DNA from: Desulfobacterales bacterium
Lineage (GTDB): Bacteria > Desulfobacterota > Desulfobacteria > Desulfobacterales > UBA5852
Length of the DNA stretch: 64,000 nucleotides
Direction of reading: 5' to 3'
NCBI GenBank assembly: GCA_963674755.2
Contig: CAXXVS010000002.1
Span: forward strand, 2,399,570-2,463,569
A model generated the notes under the pieces. The model was not told the DNA's origin. It worked only from the letters and a program-made list of their open reading frames with translations, and did not search any database. Both the position numbers and the translations under genes were made by a program. Each line of letters opens with the position of its first letter. Within the stretch, counting starts at the first letter, position 1. Positions 46,341-54,638 of the stretch are shown here, one piece after another.

Positions 46341-47099
46341 ATGGCTCATGTGATCTGCATCGCCAACCAAAAGGGCGGCGTGGGCAAAACCACCACGGCG
46401 GTCAATCTTTCCGCCTGCCTGGCCGCAGCGGAAAAACGCACCCTCCTGGTGGATTGCGACCCCCAGGCCAATGCCACCACCGGTCTGGGTATCGACAAGA
46501 AAACCCTGGCCCGGACCCTCTACCACGGTCTGATCGGTCAGGTGAACACGGCGGAGCTCCTGCGGGACACCGCCATCCCGTCCCTGAAGGTGTTGCCTTC
46601 CAATGTGGAATTGATCGGCTTCGAAGTGGAAATGATGGATACGGAGGGCCGTGAGACCATCCTGAAGCGCTGCCTCAACGGTCTGCGGGAATCCTACGAC
46701 TACATACTAATGGACTGCCCGCCCTCCCTGAACCTGCTGACGGTCAATGCCATGACGGCCGCGGATGCCATGCTGATCCCGCTGCAATGCGAATTTTACG
46801 CCCTGGAGGGCTTGAGCCAGCTCCTGCAGACCGTCAAGCGCATCAAACAAAGCTTGAATCCGGGGCTCCGCATCGGCGGCATCCTGCTGACCATGTTCGA
46901 CAAGCGCACCAACCTGTCCTACCAGGTGGCGGAGGACGCCGAACGCTATTTCAAGGACCTGGTTTACAAAACCACCATCCCGCGCAACATCCGCCTGGGG
47001 GAAGCCCCCAGCTTCGGCAAACCGATTCTCATGTACGACGCCGCTTCCGTGGGCTCCCAAAGCTATATTCAACTGGCCAACGAAATCATCAATTGTTAA
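46341..47099 (+). CDS. parA: chromosome partitioning ATPase ParA/Soj
   Basis: The deviant Walker A NQKGGVGKTT is present, and length and context with parB fit. Confidence 0.92.
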   Translation: MAHVICIANQKGGVGKTTTAVNLSACLAAAEKRTLLVDCDPQANATTGLGIDKKTLARTLYHGLIGQVNTAELLRDTAIPSLKVLPSNVELIGFEVEMMDTEGRETILKRCLNGLRESYDYILMDCPPSLNLLTVNAMTAADAMLIPLQCEFYALEGLSQLLQTVKRIKQSLNPGLRIGGILLTMFDKRTNLSYQVAEDAERYFKDLVYKTTIPRNIRLGEAPSFGKPILMYDAASVGSQSYIQLANEIINC

Positions 47100-47135
47100 T
47101 CCCGTAGCGGCAAATACCGGAGCGAGCACATCGCT

Positions 47136-48038
47136 ATGGCACGCAAACCCACCGCATCAAATGACACAACAAGCCGCAAACGCAAGAAGATGGCCCTGGG
47201 CAAGGGGCTCGAAGCGCTGATCCCCGGGATAGACGAGACGTCCGAGGAGGCCCGCGACTACCTTCTTTGCGATGTGGCCCTGATCAAACCCAACCGCTAC
47301 CAGCCGCGGCGCCATTTTGCCGAAAAGGATATGGAAGACCTGGCCGCCTCCATTCGCGCCCAGGGGGTCATTCAGCCGCTGCTGGTGCGCAGGGATGGCA
47401 GCGGCTACGAGCTGGTGGCCGGCGAACGCCGCCTGCGGGCCGCCAAAATGGCCGGCCTGCCCCAGGTTCCGGTGGTCGTAAAAGACGTCAGCCAGGCCGA
47501 AATGCTGGAAATGTCCATTGTGGAAAACATCCAGCGGGCGGATTTCAACCCCATCGAGGAGGCCAACGCCTATCACCGACTGATGACCGAATTCGGTCTG
47601 ACCCAGGACCAGGCTGCCGAGCGGGTGGGTAAAAGCCGTTCGGCCGTGGCCAATTTCCTTCGTCTGCGGCAATTGGACGATGCCATCAAGACCAGCATCA
47701 TCGAAGGCGGGATCAGCATGGGGCATGCCCGGGCCCTGCTCGGCCTGGAGGACCCTGCCATGCGTCTGGCGGCCTGGCGCACCATCATAGACCAAAACCT
47801 TTCGGTGCGCGAAACCGAAATGCTGATCCGCAAACGCAAGGCCGCCCCCGCCAAGCCGGACAGGCGGCCGACGACGGAGATGGATCGCCATCTGACCTCC
47901 CTTGCCGATGACCTGTCGCGGTATTACGGTACCAAGGTAACGATCCAGCGGCAGAAAAAGAGCGGCACGGTGGCCATCGAATTTTACAGCGACGAGGATC
48001 TGGACCGGCTGCTGCAACTTCTGAAACAAGCCGATTGA
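47136..48038 (+). CDS. parB: chromosome partitioning protein ParB/Spo0J
   Basis: PRRHF, LVAGERRLRAAK and an HTH region (GLTQDQAAERVGKSRSAVANFLRL) are present. Confidence 0.92.
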   Translation: MARKPTASNDTTSRKRKKMALGKGLEALIPGIDETSEEARDYLLCDVALIKPNRYQPRRHFAEKDMEDLAASIRAQGVIQPLLVRRDGSGYELVAGERRLRAAKMAGLPQVPVVVKDVSQAEMLEMSIVENIQRADFNPIEEANAYHRLMTEFGLTQDQAAERVGKSRSAVANFLRLRQLDDAIKTSIIEGGISMGHARALLGLEDPAMRLAAWRTIIDQNLSVRETEMLIRKRKAAPAKPDRRPTTEMDRHLTSLADDLSRYYGTKVTIQRQKKSGTVAIEFYSDEDLDRLLQLLKQAD

Positions 48039-48058
48039 CCCCTCTCGGGAGGACCCCT

Positions 48059-48250
48059 ATGTGTGAAGCCAATGCCTATCTCGTACAAGGCGACGACAGC
48101 CGCCTCGTCATGGAGGCCGTCGACGTGGTGGAACCGGGCGAAGACGGAGTGCGTCTGATCAACATCTTCGGCGAACAGAAATTCCTCAATGCGACCATCC
48201 ATTCCCTCTCATTGGTGGACCACAAGATCTATTTGAAAACCAACGGCTGA
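48059..48250 (+). CDS. CooT-family small (putative nickel-binding) protein
   Basis: 63 aa starting MCEANAYL (conserved Cys2). The beta-rich sequence resembles CooT homologues as I recall them. Confidence 0.5.
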   Translation: MCEANAYLVQGDDSRLVMEAVDVVEPGEDGVRLINIFGEQKFLNATIHSLSLVDHKIYLKTNG

Positions 48251-48357
48251 ATTCGCCGGGACTCGGACCCCGCGAAGGATTCCTCGGGAAGCACCCGGAA
48301 AGATGATGTATTCCGGGCCGCTGGACAAGATGGAGCGCCCTGCCTGCCCGCATCAAA

Positions 48358-50100
48358 ATGAAAATCCTGATCGCCAAAACCGCCGGTTTCTGCATGGGGG
48401 TGCGTCGTGCCGTGGAGATGGTGCTCGAAGCCCCGGACAAGCATGAAGGCCCGATCTGCACTTACGGCCCTTTGATTCATAATCCCCAGGTGCTCGGCCT
48501 GCTGGAGGAAAAGGGCATCACGGTGTGCGACCGGGTGCCCGCCACGGGTCACGGCACCATCCTGATCCGTGCCCACGGCGTCCCGCCCCAGGCCAAAGCC
48601 GGCCTTGGCGCCGCCGGCTTCAATGTCATCGACGCCACCTGCCCGCGGGTCATCAGTGTCCAGACGATTATCCGCAAGCATACGGCCAAGGGCTTCGCTT
48701 CCATCATTATCGGCGACCGGGACCACCCGGAAGTGATCGGTCTCAAGGGCTATGCCGGCGACCAGGGGTATGTGGCCGCCTCCCTGGAGGAGCTCCAGCA
48801 GCTGCCGGTCTTCGAGCAGGCCATCATCGTGGCCCAGACCACCCAGAATACACGCCTCTATGAATCGATCAAAGCCTGGGCGGCCGCCGAAGTGCCTCAC
48901 TACAAGATCTTCGATACGATCTGCGACTCCACCGAAAAACGCCAGGCCGAAGTCCAATGCCTGTCGGCCCAGGTGGATGCCGTGGTGGTGGTGGGGGGCC
49001 GGGAGAGCGGCAACACCCAGCGGCTCTACGAGGTGGCCCGCAATTCCGGCAAACCGGCCTTTCATGTGGAAACCGAAGCGGAGCTGGACCTGGACAGCCT
49101 GGCCCGATACCGCCGAATCGGCGTGACCGCCGGCGCGTCGACGCCCAACTGGCAGATCAAGAAAGTCTGCCGGACCTTGGAGGCCATTCCGTATCGGGGT
49201 ATTACCGGGTGGCGCCGGTCCTTCTACCGCCTGCAGCGGGCCCTGCTGCTGACGAATATCTATGTAGCCCTGGGGGCCGGCGGTCTGAGCTATGCATCGA
49301 TGCAGCTTCAGGGCCTGCACCATTTTCTGCCCCATGGTCTGGTGGCCATGCTCTACGTGCTCTCCATGCATGTCCTGAACCACCTGACGGGAGGCGAGGC
49401 CGACCGCTACAACGATCCCGGACGGGCCAACTTTTACCAGCGCTACAAGTGGCTCCTGGTCATCATGGCCGTTGCCGGGGGCGCCGGCGGGCTGGGCATT
49501 GCCATGGGCGCCGGTCCGTTGCCCTTCGGCCTCCTCCTGGTCATGAGTCTTCTCGGCCTGTCCTACAATCTGAACATCCTGCCGGCCGCCTTGAGCGGCG
49601 GGCGCTACCGCCGGATCAAGGACATCCCCGGTTCTAAAACCTTCCTGATCGCCGCCGCCTGGGGGCTGGTCACCACGGTGATGCCGGCCCTTTCCGAAAG
49701 CGGCCGCATCGGGACCGCCACCCTGGCCGCCCTGGTCTGGGTGGCCGGGCTGGTATTCGGCCGCACGGCCTTCTTCGATCTCCTGGATGTCCAGGGCGAC
49801 CGCCTTGTGGGCCGCGAAACCCTGCCCATCGTACTGGGTGAAAAGCGGGCCATGGATTTGCTAAAGGTGAGCCTGGTCATGCTGATCGCCCTGCCGGCGC
49901 TTTCCAGCGCCCTCGGCCTGACCACCGTTTTGGGCTATTTCCTGACCGTGATCCCCATGGGTATGATGGCCGTCATCACCTTTCACGAAAAGGGCAAACT
50001 GCTGGCCGGCGCACGGATCGAATTTCTGACCGAATCGCACTTTCTCCTGGCAGGCGTGATCGGAGTTGTCTGGTCCATGGCAACGAGGGGCCTTATCTGA
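48358..50100 (+). CDS. ispH: IspH (HMBPP reductase) fused to a UbiA-superfamily membrane prenyltransferase domain
   Basis: Residues 1-~285 are IspH/LytB (Cys ligands in FCMGV, ATCPRV, TICDST; GGRESGNTQRL). Residues ~290-580 have multiple predicted TM helices with Asp-rich UbiA-type motifs (NHLTGGEADRYND and FFDLLDVQGDRLVGRETLP). Confidence 0.8.
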   Translation: MKILIAKTAGFCMGVRRAVEMVLEAPDKHEGPICTYGPLIHNPQVLGLLEEKGITVCDRVPATGHGTILIRAHGVPPQAKAGLGAAGFNVIDATCPRVISVQTIIRKHTAKGFASIIIGDRDHPEVIGLKGYAGDQGYVAASLEELQQLPVFEQAIIVAQTTQNTRLYESIKAWAAAEVPHYKIFDTICDSTEKRQAEVQCLSAQVDAVVVVGGRESGNTQRLYEVARNSGKPAFHVETEAELDLDSLARYRRIGVTAGASTPNWQIKKVCRTLEAIPYRGITGWRRSFYRLQRALLLTNIYVALGAGGLSYASMQLQGLHHFLPHGLVAMLYVLSMHVLNHLTGGEADRYNDPGRANFYQRYKWLLVIMAVAGGAGGLGIAMGAGPLPFGLLLVMSLLGLSYNLNILPAALSGGRYRRIKDIPGSKTFLIAAAWGLVTTVMPALSESGRIGTATLAALVWVAGLVFGRTAFFDLLDVQGDRLVGRETLPIVLGEKRAMDLLKVSLVMLIALPALSSALGLTTVLGYFLTVIPMGMMAVITFHEKGKLLAGARIEFLTESHFLLAGVIGVVWSMATRGLI

Positions 50101-50161
50101 GGGTGCACTCCCTTTTGCGACCAGTGCAAAATCCCTCTTGACAATTTTTAGCAATCTATAT

Positions 50162-50177
50162 ATTAGACATTCCTAAT
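50162..50177. promoter_or_regulatory. operator-like box ATTAGACATTCCTAAT upstream of the DtxR-family gene
   Basis: Imperfect palindrome ATTAG-N6-CTAAT 30 nt before ATG 50207. A near-identical box lies at 50873-50888. Confidence 0.45.
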
Positions 50178-50206
50178 TAGATTAAGGACTCCTAAAAAAC
50201 ATCGCC

Positions 50207-50758
50207 ATGGTTCCGCAACCTAAAACAAAAAGCAGCAGCAAACCCTTGACCTCAGTCATGGAAGACTATCTCGAGGCGATTTTCGACCTGGATCAGGAAA
50301 AAAAGGTCGTACGGGTCAAGGACATCGCCAAGCGGATGGATGTCAAGATGCCCTCTGTTTCAAGCATGTTGAAAACCCTGAACGATAGGGGGCTGGTGCG
50401 CTACGAAAAATATGAATATGTCGAGCTGACCAGGGACGGGGCCGACGTCGGTGAAGAAATGCGCCGTCGCCATGGTGTTCTGCATAAATTTTTAACGGAA
50501 ATTTTAAAAATCGACGATGCGGTTGCCGACGAAGAGGCCTGCAAGATGGAGCACACCCTCAGTTCCGCCACCTTGGACAGCTTGATCGACTTTATGGAGT
50601 TTATCCAGACCTGTCCACGGGCGGGACAGAGCTGGCTGCAGTATTTTGAAGATTACCGGCAACACGGCCGCCGGCCGGAGGCCTGCCGCGCCCGTAGCGA
50701 AGCCTTTTCGGACGAGTTCGAAAAACAGGTGACGCCTGCAAAGAAAAAGCCGGCATAG
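50207..50758 (+). CDS. DtxR/MntR-family metal-dependent transcriptional regulator
   Basis: MEDYLEAIFDL..VRVKDIAKRMDVKMPSVSSMLKTLNDRGLV..RRHGVLHKFL..ACKMEH is the DtxR-family HTH plus metal-site pattern. Confidence 0.85.
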   Translation: MVPQPKTKSSSKPLTSVMEDYLEAIFDLDQEKKVVRVKDIAKRMDVKMPSVSSMLKTLNDRGLVRYEKYEYVELTRDGADVGEEMRRRHGVLHKFLTEILKIDDAVADEEACKMEHTLSSATLDSLIDFMEFIQTCPRAGQSWLQYFEDYRQHGRRPEACRARSEAFSDEFEKQVTPAKKKPA

Positions 50759-50825
50759 CCGGTTACAATAAAAAAGATCGGATCCCCCTTCGGCGGGGCA
50801 GCGCCGGAAACAGGGTGACCAGGAT

Positions 50826-50861
50826 CCGCCCTGCCACTATCAAGTACAGGGCGGTTTTTTT
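50826..50861 (+). terminator. Rho-independent terminator after the DtxR-family gene
   Basis: CCGCCCTG-13 nt-CAGGGCGG followed by T7. Confidence 0.65.
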
Positions 50862-50872
50862 AGCACTTTCTT

Positions 50873-50888
50873 GTTAGACATGCCTAAT
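50873..50888. promoter_or_regulatory. second operator-like box GTTAGACATGCCTAAT
   Basis: 14/16 identical to 50162-50177. It overlaps the possible start codons of the next gene. Confidence 0.45.
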
Positions 50889-51203
50889 ATGCAAAGGGAT
50901 TCAAAACTCATGGGGAAAGACAAGGAGGCAATGATCAGCGCTTTGAGCAACAGTGTCAAGGAATTGCAGAAGGGAATTGAAACGCACTGCTGTCTGTTGG
51001 CTGCGTTGATGGAGGAGCCGCTTGATCTCAGGCGCCTGCAAACCCAGATGGAACAATGCCCCGAGCGCCAGCGGGAACGTCAATTGCGCGAGGCTCTCCA
51101 GGAGGCCATCGAGGTCATCGAGGAAACCCGGCGGTCCTTCAAATCCAAACGGCTCGAAGCCTTGCGCAAAAAACTGACTCAGGTGCTTATTGATCTGGCC
51201 TGA
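50880..51203 (+). CDS. small helical/coiled-coil protein, unknown function (start uncertain: 50871 TTG, 50880 or 50889 ATG)
   Basis: ORF with a charged helical sequence (..RERQLREALQEAIEVIEETRRSFKSKRLEALRKKLTQVL). I recognise no domain. Confidence 0.5.
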   Translation: MPNMQRDSKLMGKDKEAMISALSNSVKELQKGIETHCCLLAALMEEPLDLRRLQTQMEQCPERQRERQLREALQEAIEVIEETRRSFKSKRLEALRKKLTQVLIDLA

Positions 51204-51370
51204 CGCTTAAAACGATTTTCGGCATGTCTTGCGGGTCCCATACCGCTGGCGGTGATGGGAAAAGTGAAGGCGTAACGCGAACGCAACCGCGCTCGGGATA
51301 CGCCTTTTTTGTTGGGAAGGGCCGACCAGGCATGCCTGTCGAGACGCCCGAAGCAAAGGAGATAGAGACC

Positions 51371-52609
51371 ATGAATGAAAAGCAGTCCCTCAAAACCGCC
51401 TCGGATATCCCCCCGACGCCGGAGGTCGCAGCCCGAACCGTCGTCAGGCGCCTGCCCTTCTGGGAAGCGGACGAGTGCTTCAAATGCCCCGTCGTGGGCC
51501 TCTGCCTGAATCTTGCCGAACAAAAAAGGTTGCTGAGGAAAACGGGGGTGGCCGTTACGAAGCGCACCCCTTTCGAGGTCCACGAGATCCTGGTAGCCGG
51601 CGGGCATCAGGAAAACCGCCTGTCCCGGAAAGTCGATCGGATGCTCGAGCGAAAATTCGGTCCCGCAACCGCAGCCCTCTTTGCCCTCGATTCGCAAGCG
51701 TTTCTGGCGCATTTCAAGAGCGCCTTTGAAACCGGCGATTATGCCGGCCCGGTATGGGCGGCGGCCGTCAATCCCCAGTTACCCATGGACACCAAGCGCG
51801 AAATCTTCGGTGTGATCCATATGACCATGCACCAGCATGGGGCCGAGCATCTGCGGTTCAGGCAGAAAATTGCCCGGCAGCAGACCGAAATCGATAAGCT
51901 GCGCCAGCACCTCACGGAAACAGCCCGCGGGCACCGCGACCTGCAAAAACGGTATGAATGCCTGCACCACGCCCAGGCCGGTTTGAAGGCCGGACTGGCC
52001 ATAGCCAAGCGCGAAAGCCAGCAGCTCAGGGAAGCCCTGGTCGGGCGCGACAAGGGGACTACTCTCGACCAGGAGAACCGCTGGCTCAAAGCAGAGCTGG
52101 AGGCGCTGCGCAGCCGGCTCGCGGACAAACAATGCCTGGTAGTGGCCCTGAAGGAAAAACAGCGCCGGCTCGCGGCCGAACTCGATCGCCAGCAGGAGCT
52201 GAACGCGCATTTCAGAAAAGAGATTCAGGAGGCAATGTCCGGAGCCCTGACCTGCAAGACCTGCGATGCCCAATGCCCGGCCTACGATCTATGCCAGCGG
52301 CGTATCCTCATCGTAGGCGGCATGACGCGCATGGAGTCTCTTTATCGCGGGCTCATCGAGGGCAGCGGCGGGATTTTCGACTATCACGACGGCTATCTGC
52401 ACAAAGGCGCCCGCCACCTCGAATCACGCCTGCGGCGGGCGGACGTGGTCCTGTGCCCTGTAAGCTGCAACAGCCACAACGCCTGCTCCGTGGTCAAGAG
52501 CCTGGCCAAGAAACACAACAAGACCGTTCACATGCTTGCCAACTCAAGCTTGAACACCGTTTCCCGGGCCATCTGGGGCGAACAAAGCGATCAACATTCC
52601 CTGAATTGA
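51371..52609 (+). CDS. DUF2325-domain protein with central coiled coil
   Basis: AAGGAG RBS precedes ATG 51371. The C-terminal RILIVGGMTRMESLYRGLIEGSGGIFDYHDG...ADVVLCPVSCNSHNACSVVK matches my memory of DUF2325. The middle ~150 aa is heptad-rich. Confidence 0.7.
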   Translation: MNEKQSLKTASDIPPTPEVAARTVVRRLPFWEADECFKCPVVGLCLNLAEQKRLLRKTGVAVTKRTPFEVHEILVAGGHQENRLSRKVDRMLERKFGPATAALFALDSQAFLAHFKSAFETGDYAGPVWAAAVNPQLPMDTKREIFGVIHMTMHQHGAEHLRFRQKIARQQTEIDKLRQHLTETARGHRDLQKRYECLHHAQAGLKAGLAIAKRESQQLREALVGRDKGTTLDQENRWLKAELEALRSRLADKQCLVVALKEKQRRLAAELDRQQELNAHFRKEIQEAMSGALTCKTCDAQCPAYDLCQRRILIVGGMTRMESLYRGLIEGSGGIFDYHDGYLHKGARHLESRLRRADVVLCPVSCNSHNACSVVKSLAKKHNKTVHMLANSSLNTVSRAIWGEQSDQHSLN

Positions 52610-52621
52610 GAGGAAAACCTG

Positions 52622-52990
52622 ATGAACAGCAAATTCCAAATCGGCATCCACAAAAACAACGATCATTTGCATGTCCTTCCCCGTGGCGACTTCGACGGCA
52701 ATTCTGCCTGGGAATTGGTCCACAAATTGAATGAAACTTACCGCGGGGAAAAAGAGATCATCATCGATACCAGCCGCCTGCGAAAGGTTTGTCCCTTCGG
52801 CCGAACCACCTTCGAATGCCAGATCGACCAAAGCCGCATCCCGCGGAACCGCTTCCTGTTCACCGGCGAAAAGGGCCCGATCCTCGCGCCGGAGGGCTGT
52901 CGGATTTTATCCGCCGGCCGGCCGAAGAGCTGTGGCTGCGATGGCAATTGTGCGGACTGCCATTGCCGCCAACGACGGAAACCCAACTAA
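52622..52990 (+). CDS. STAS-like domain protein with Cys-rich tail
   Basis: HVLPRGDFDGNSAWELVHKL..EIIIDTSRLRKVCPFGRTTFE resembles anti-sigma-antagonist/STAS folds. The tail CGCDGNCADCHC looks metal-binding. Confidence 0.45.
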   Translation: MNSKFQIGIHKNNDHLHVLPRGDFDGNSAWELVHKLNETYRGEKEIIIDTSRLRKVCPFGRTTFECQIDQSRIPRNRFLFTGEKGPILAPEGCRILSAGRPKSCGCDGNCADCHCRQRRKPN

Positions 52991-53006
52991 GAGAGGGGGG
53001 GGTAGC

Positions 53007-53204
53007 ATGGCGACCACTCGAAACAACTATGTCCGTGTCGAATTGTCCGAGGCCACCATCGCCCGACTCCTGGCCCGGGGCGAACTGTGCGCGGCCGATT
53101 TCCGCTGCCCTGACGGCCGGGCCAAGCACTGCCTCTGGCGCCTGGTTCTGGAGAGCTGCCGGGTTGAATCCCATTGCCGAAGCCGCGCTTCCCGGCGGGT
53201 ATAG
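53007..53204 (+). CDS. small hypothetical protein (65 aa, 5 Cys)
   Basis: ATG 53007 is preceded by a G-rich RBS-like stretch. It fills the gap between neighbouring genes. There is no similarity evidence. Confidence 0.3.
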   Translation: MATTRNNYVRVELSEATIARLLARGELCAADFRCPDGRAKHCLWRLVLESCRVESHCRSRASRRV

Positions 53205-53244
53205 TGCGCCCTGCGACATGTGATGAAACGAGGAGAAAAGCACG

Positions 53245-54174
53245 ATGCCAAAACTGACACTTCCCCCTGCTGCGCCTGAAGTTTCTCCGAAACCGCCCTT
53301 GCCGCCGTATCACAGTCCCCAAAACTCCTGGTCGCTATGCCTGGAGGAGCTCTGGCTGGTGTGGAACCGCCTGAAGCTGCAAGGAACGGCCACCACCCTG
53401 CTGGGCGACCGGGACGGCGGCGATACCTGCCACCTGCTGTTTTGCTTCGAAGGCCGTGTCCTGCTGCTGGGGTTCAAGTCCGGCACCGGCAACCCCATGG
53501 ACATCGAGACCGGCCACTGCGCCCTGGTCTACCACCCCCAGGGCTGCCGCTGCATGGCCTGTGCCGGTGAAAACGGGGCCCGGGCGGTCGAAATCCAGTT
53601 CTCGCGGCGTACCCTGCTGCGCCTGATCGGTCCCCACGGCCTGCGCAACCCCCTGATCCGTTCCAAGCATGCCAAGCGTCCCCTCGAAGCCCTGCTCAAA
53701 ATCACCCCGCACATGGACCGCATTCTGCACCAGACCGAGGATCTGTTAACCGGTCACGACGCGGATACCCTCTTTCTGACTTCCAAGGCCATGGAACTCA
53801 TCTGGCTGTTCGACCGCCATTTTCAGCAGCCCCGCAAGCATGGCGTCAGTCGCCGGGATCAGGAAGCCGTCCATGCCGCCCAATCCATTCTGGAGGATCG
53901 CATGACAGCCCCGCCACCCCTTGAAGAGCTGGCCGGCCAGGTCGGCATGAGCCTCTCCAAACTCAAGCAGGTCTTCCCACGGGTGTGCGGCCGGCCCCCT
54001 TATACCTATCTGCGGCAGGCCCGCATGGAGCGCGCCCTCTACCTGATCCGCAGCACCGATATGAGTGTGATCGATGTGGCCTACGAGGTGGGCTACGCCA
54101 GTCCCAGCCAATTTGCACGCGCTTTTGCCGATCAGTTCGGTTTCACACCCTCCCAGGCACGTCACACGGCTTAG
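53245..54174 (+). CDS. AraC-family transcriptional regulator
   Basis: The C-terminal double HTH is present (LEELAGQVGMSLSKLKQVFPRVCGRPPYTYLRQARMERALYLIRSTDMSVIDVAYEVGYASPSQFARAFADQFGFTPSQAR). Confidence 0.85.
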   Translation: MPKLTLPPAAPEVSPKPPLPPYHSPQNSWSLCLEELWLVWNRLKLQGTATTLLGDRDGGDTCHLLFCFEGRVLLLGFKSGTGNPMDIETGHCALVYHPQGCRCMACAGENGARAVEIQFSRRTLLRLIGPHGLRNPLIRSKHAKRPLEALLKITPHMDRILHQTEDLLTGHDADTLFLTSKAMELIWLFDRHFQQPRKHGVSRRDQEAVHAAQSILEDRMTAPPPLEELAGQVGMSLSKLKQVFPRVCGRPPYTYLRQARMERALYLIRSTDMSVIDVAYEVGYASPSQFARAFADQFGFTPSQARHTA

Positions 54175-54206
54175 CAGCTTGCTGAGCATGCGCTGCGGTT
54201 CCGCAG

Positions 54207-54245
54207 GCCCCGGAAACCTCCTCTGGCTTCCGGGGCTTTTTATTT
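54207..54245 (+). terminator. Rho-independent terminator after the AraC gene
   Basis: GCCCCGGAA-12 nt-TTCCGGGGC followed by TTTTTATTT. Confidence 0.6.
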
Positions 54246-54381
54246 GGCTTTTGGGATTAGACAACTCGAACATAGATAGAATAAACAACCATCTCGCCGG
54301 TCGGAAGCGAGTACAACCGCTTCCTCCCCCGGCAGGATTCGCCGCTCAACCGGTCACCATCGAACCCTAAAGGAGCAACAC

Positions 54382-54606
54382 TTGCCGTCCCCGCAACCCC
54401 GAAGCACAATCGCCATCCCGGACGACCATGAACCGATTCTGCGCAAGATTTCCGAACTCTACGAAGACCTGTTCCGCCACGACGGATTCGGCGAACTGCG
54501 GGTGACCATGCGGTTTCTAAAAAAGGGACAAAAAGAGGTGGTCGTGATCTGCGGCAAGGAATTTCGCTTCGTGGTGGACTATCCAGCGAGCATCCGCCGG
54601 GGATAG
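54382..54606 (+). CDS. small hypothetical protein (74 aa)
   Basis: TTG start with AAGGAG 7 nt upstream. I recognise no domain. Confidence 0.4.
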   Translation: MPSPQPRSTIAIPDDHEPILRKISELYEDLFRHDGFGELRVTMRFLKKGQKEVVVICGKEFRFVVDYPASIRRG

Positions 54607-54638
54607 GCACCGTTACCCGACAACAAGGAATAAATCCC

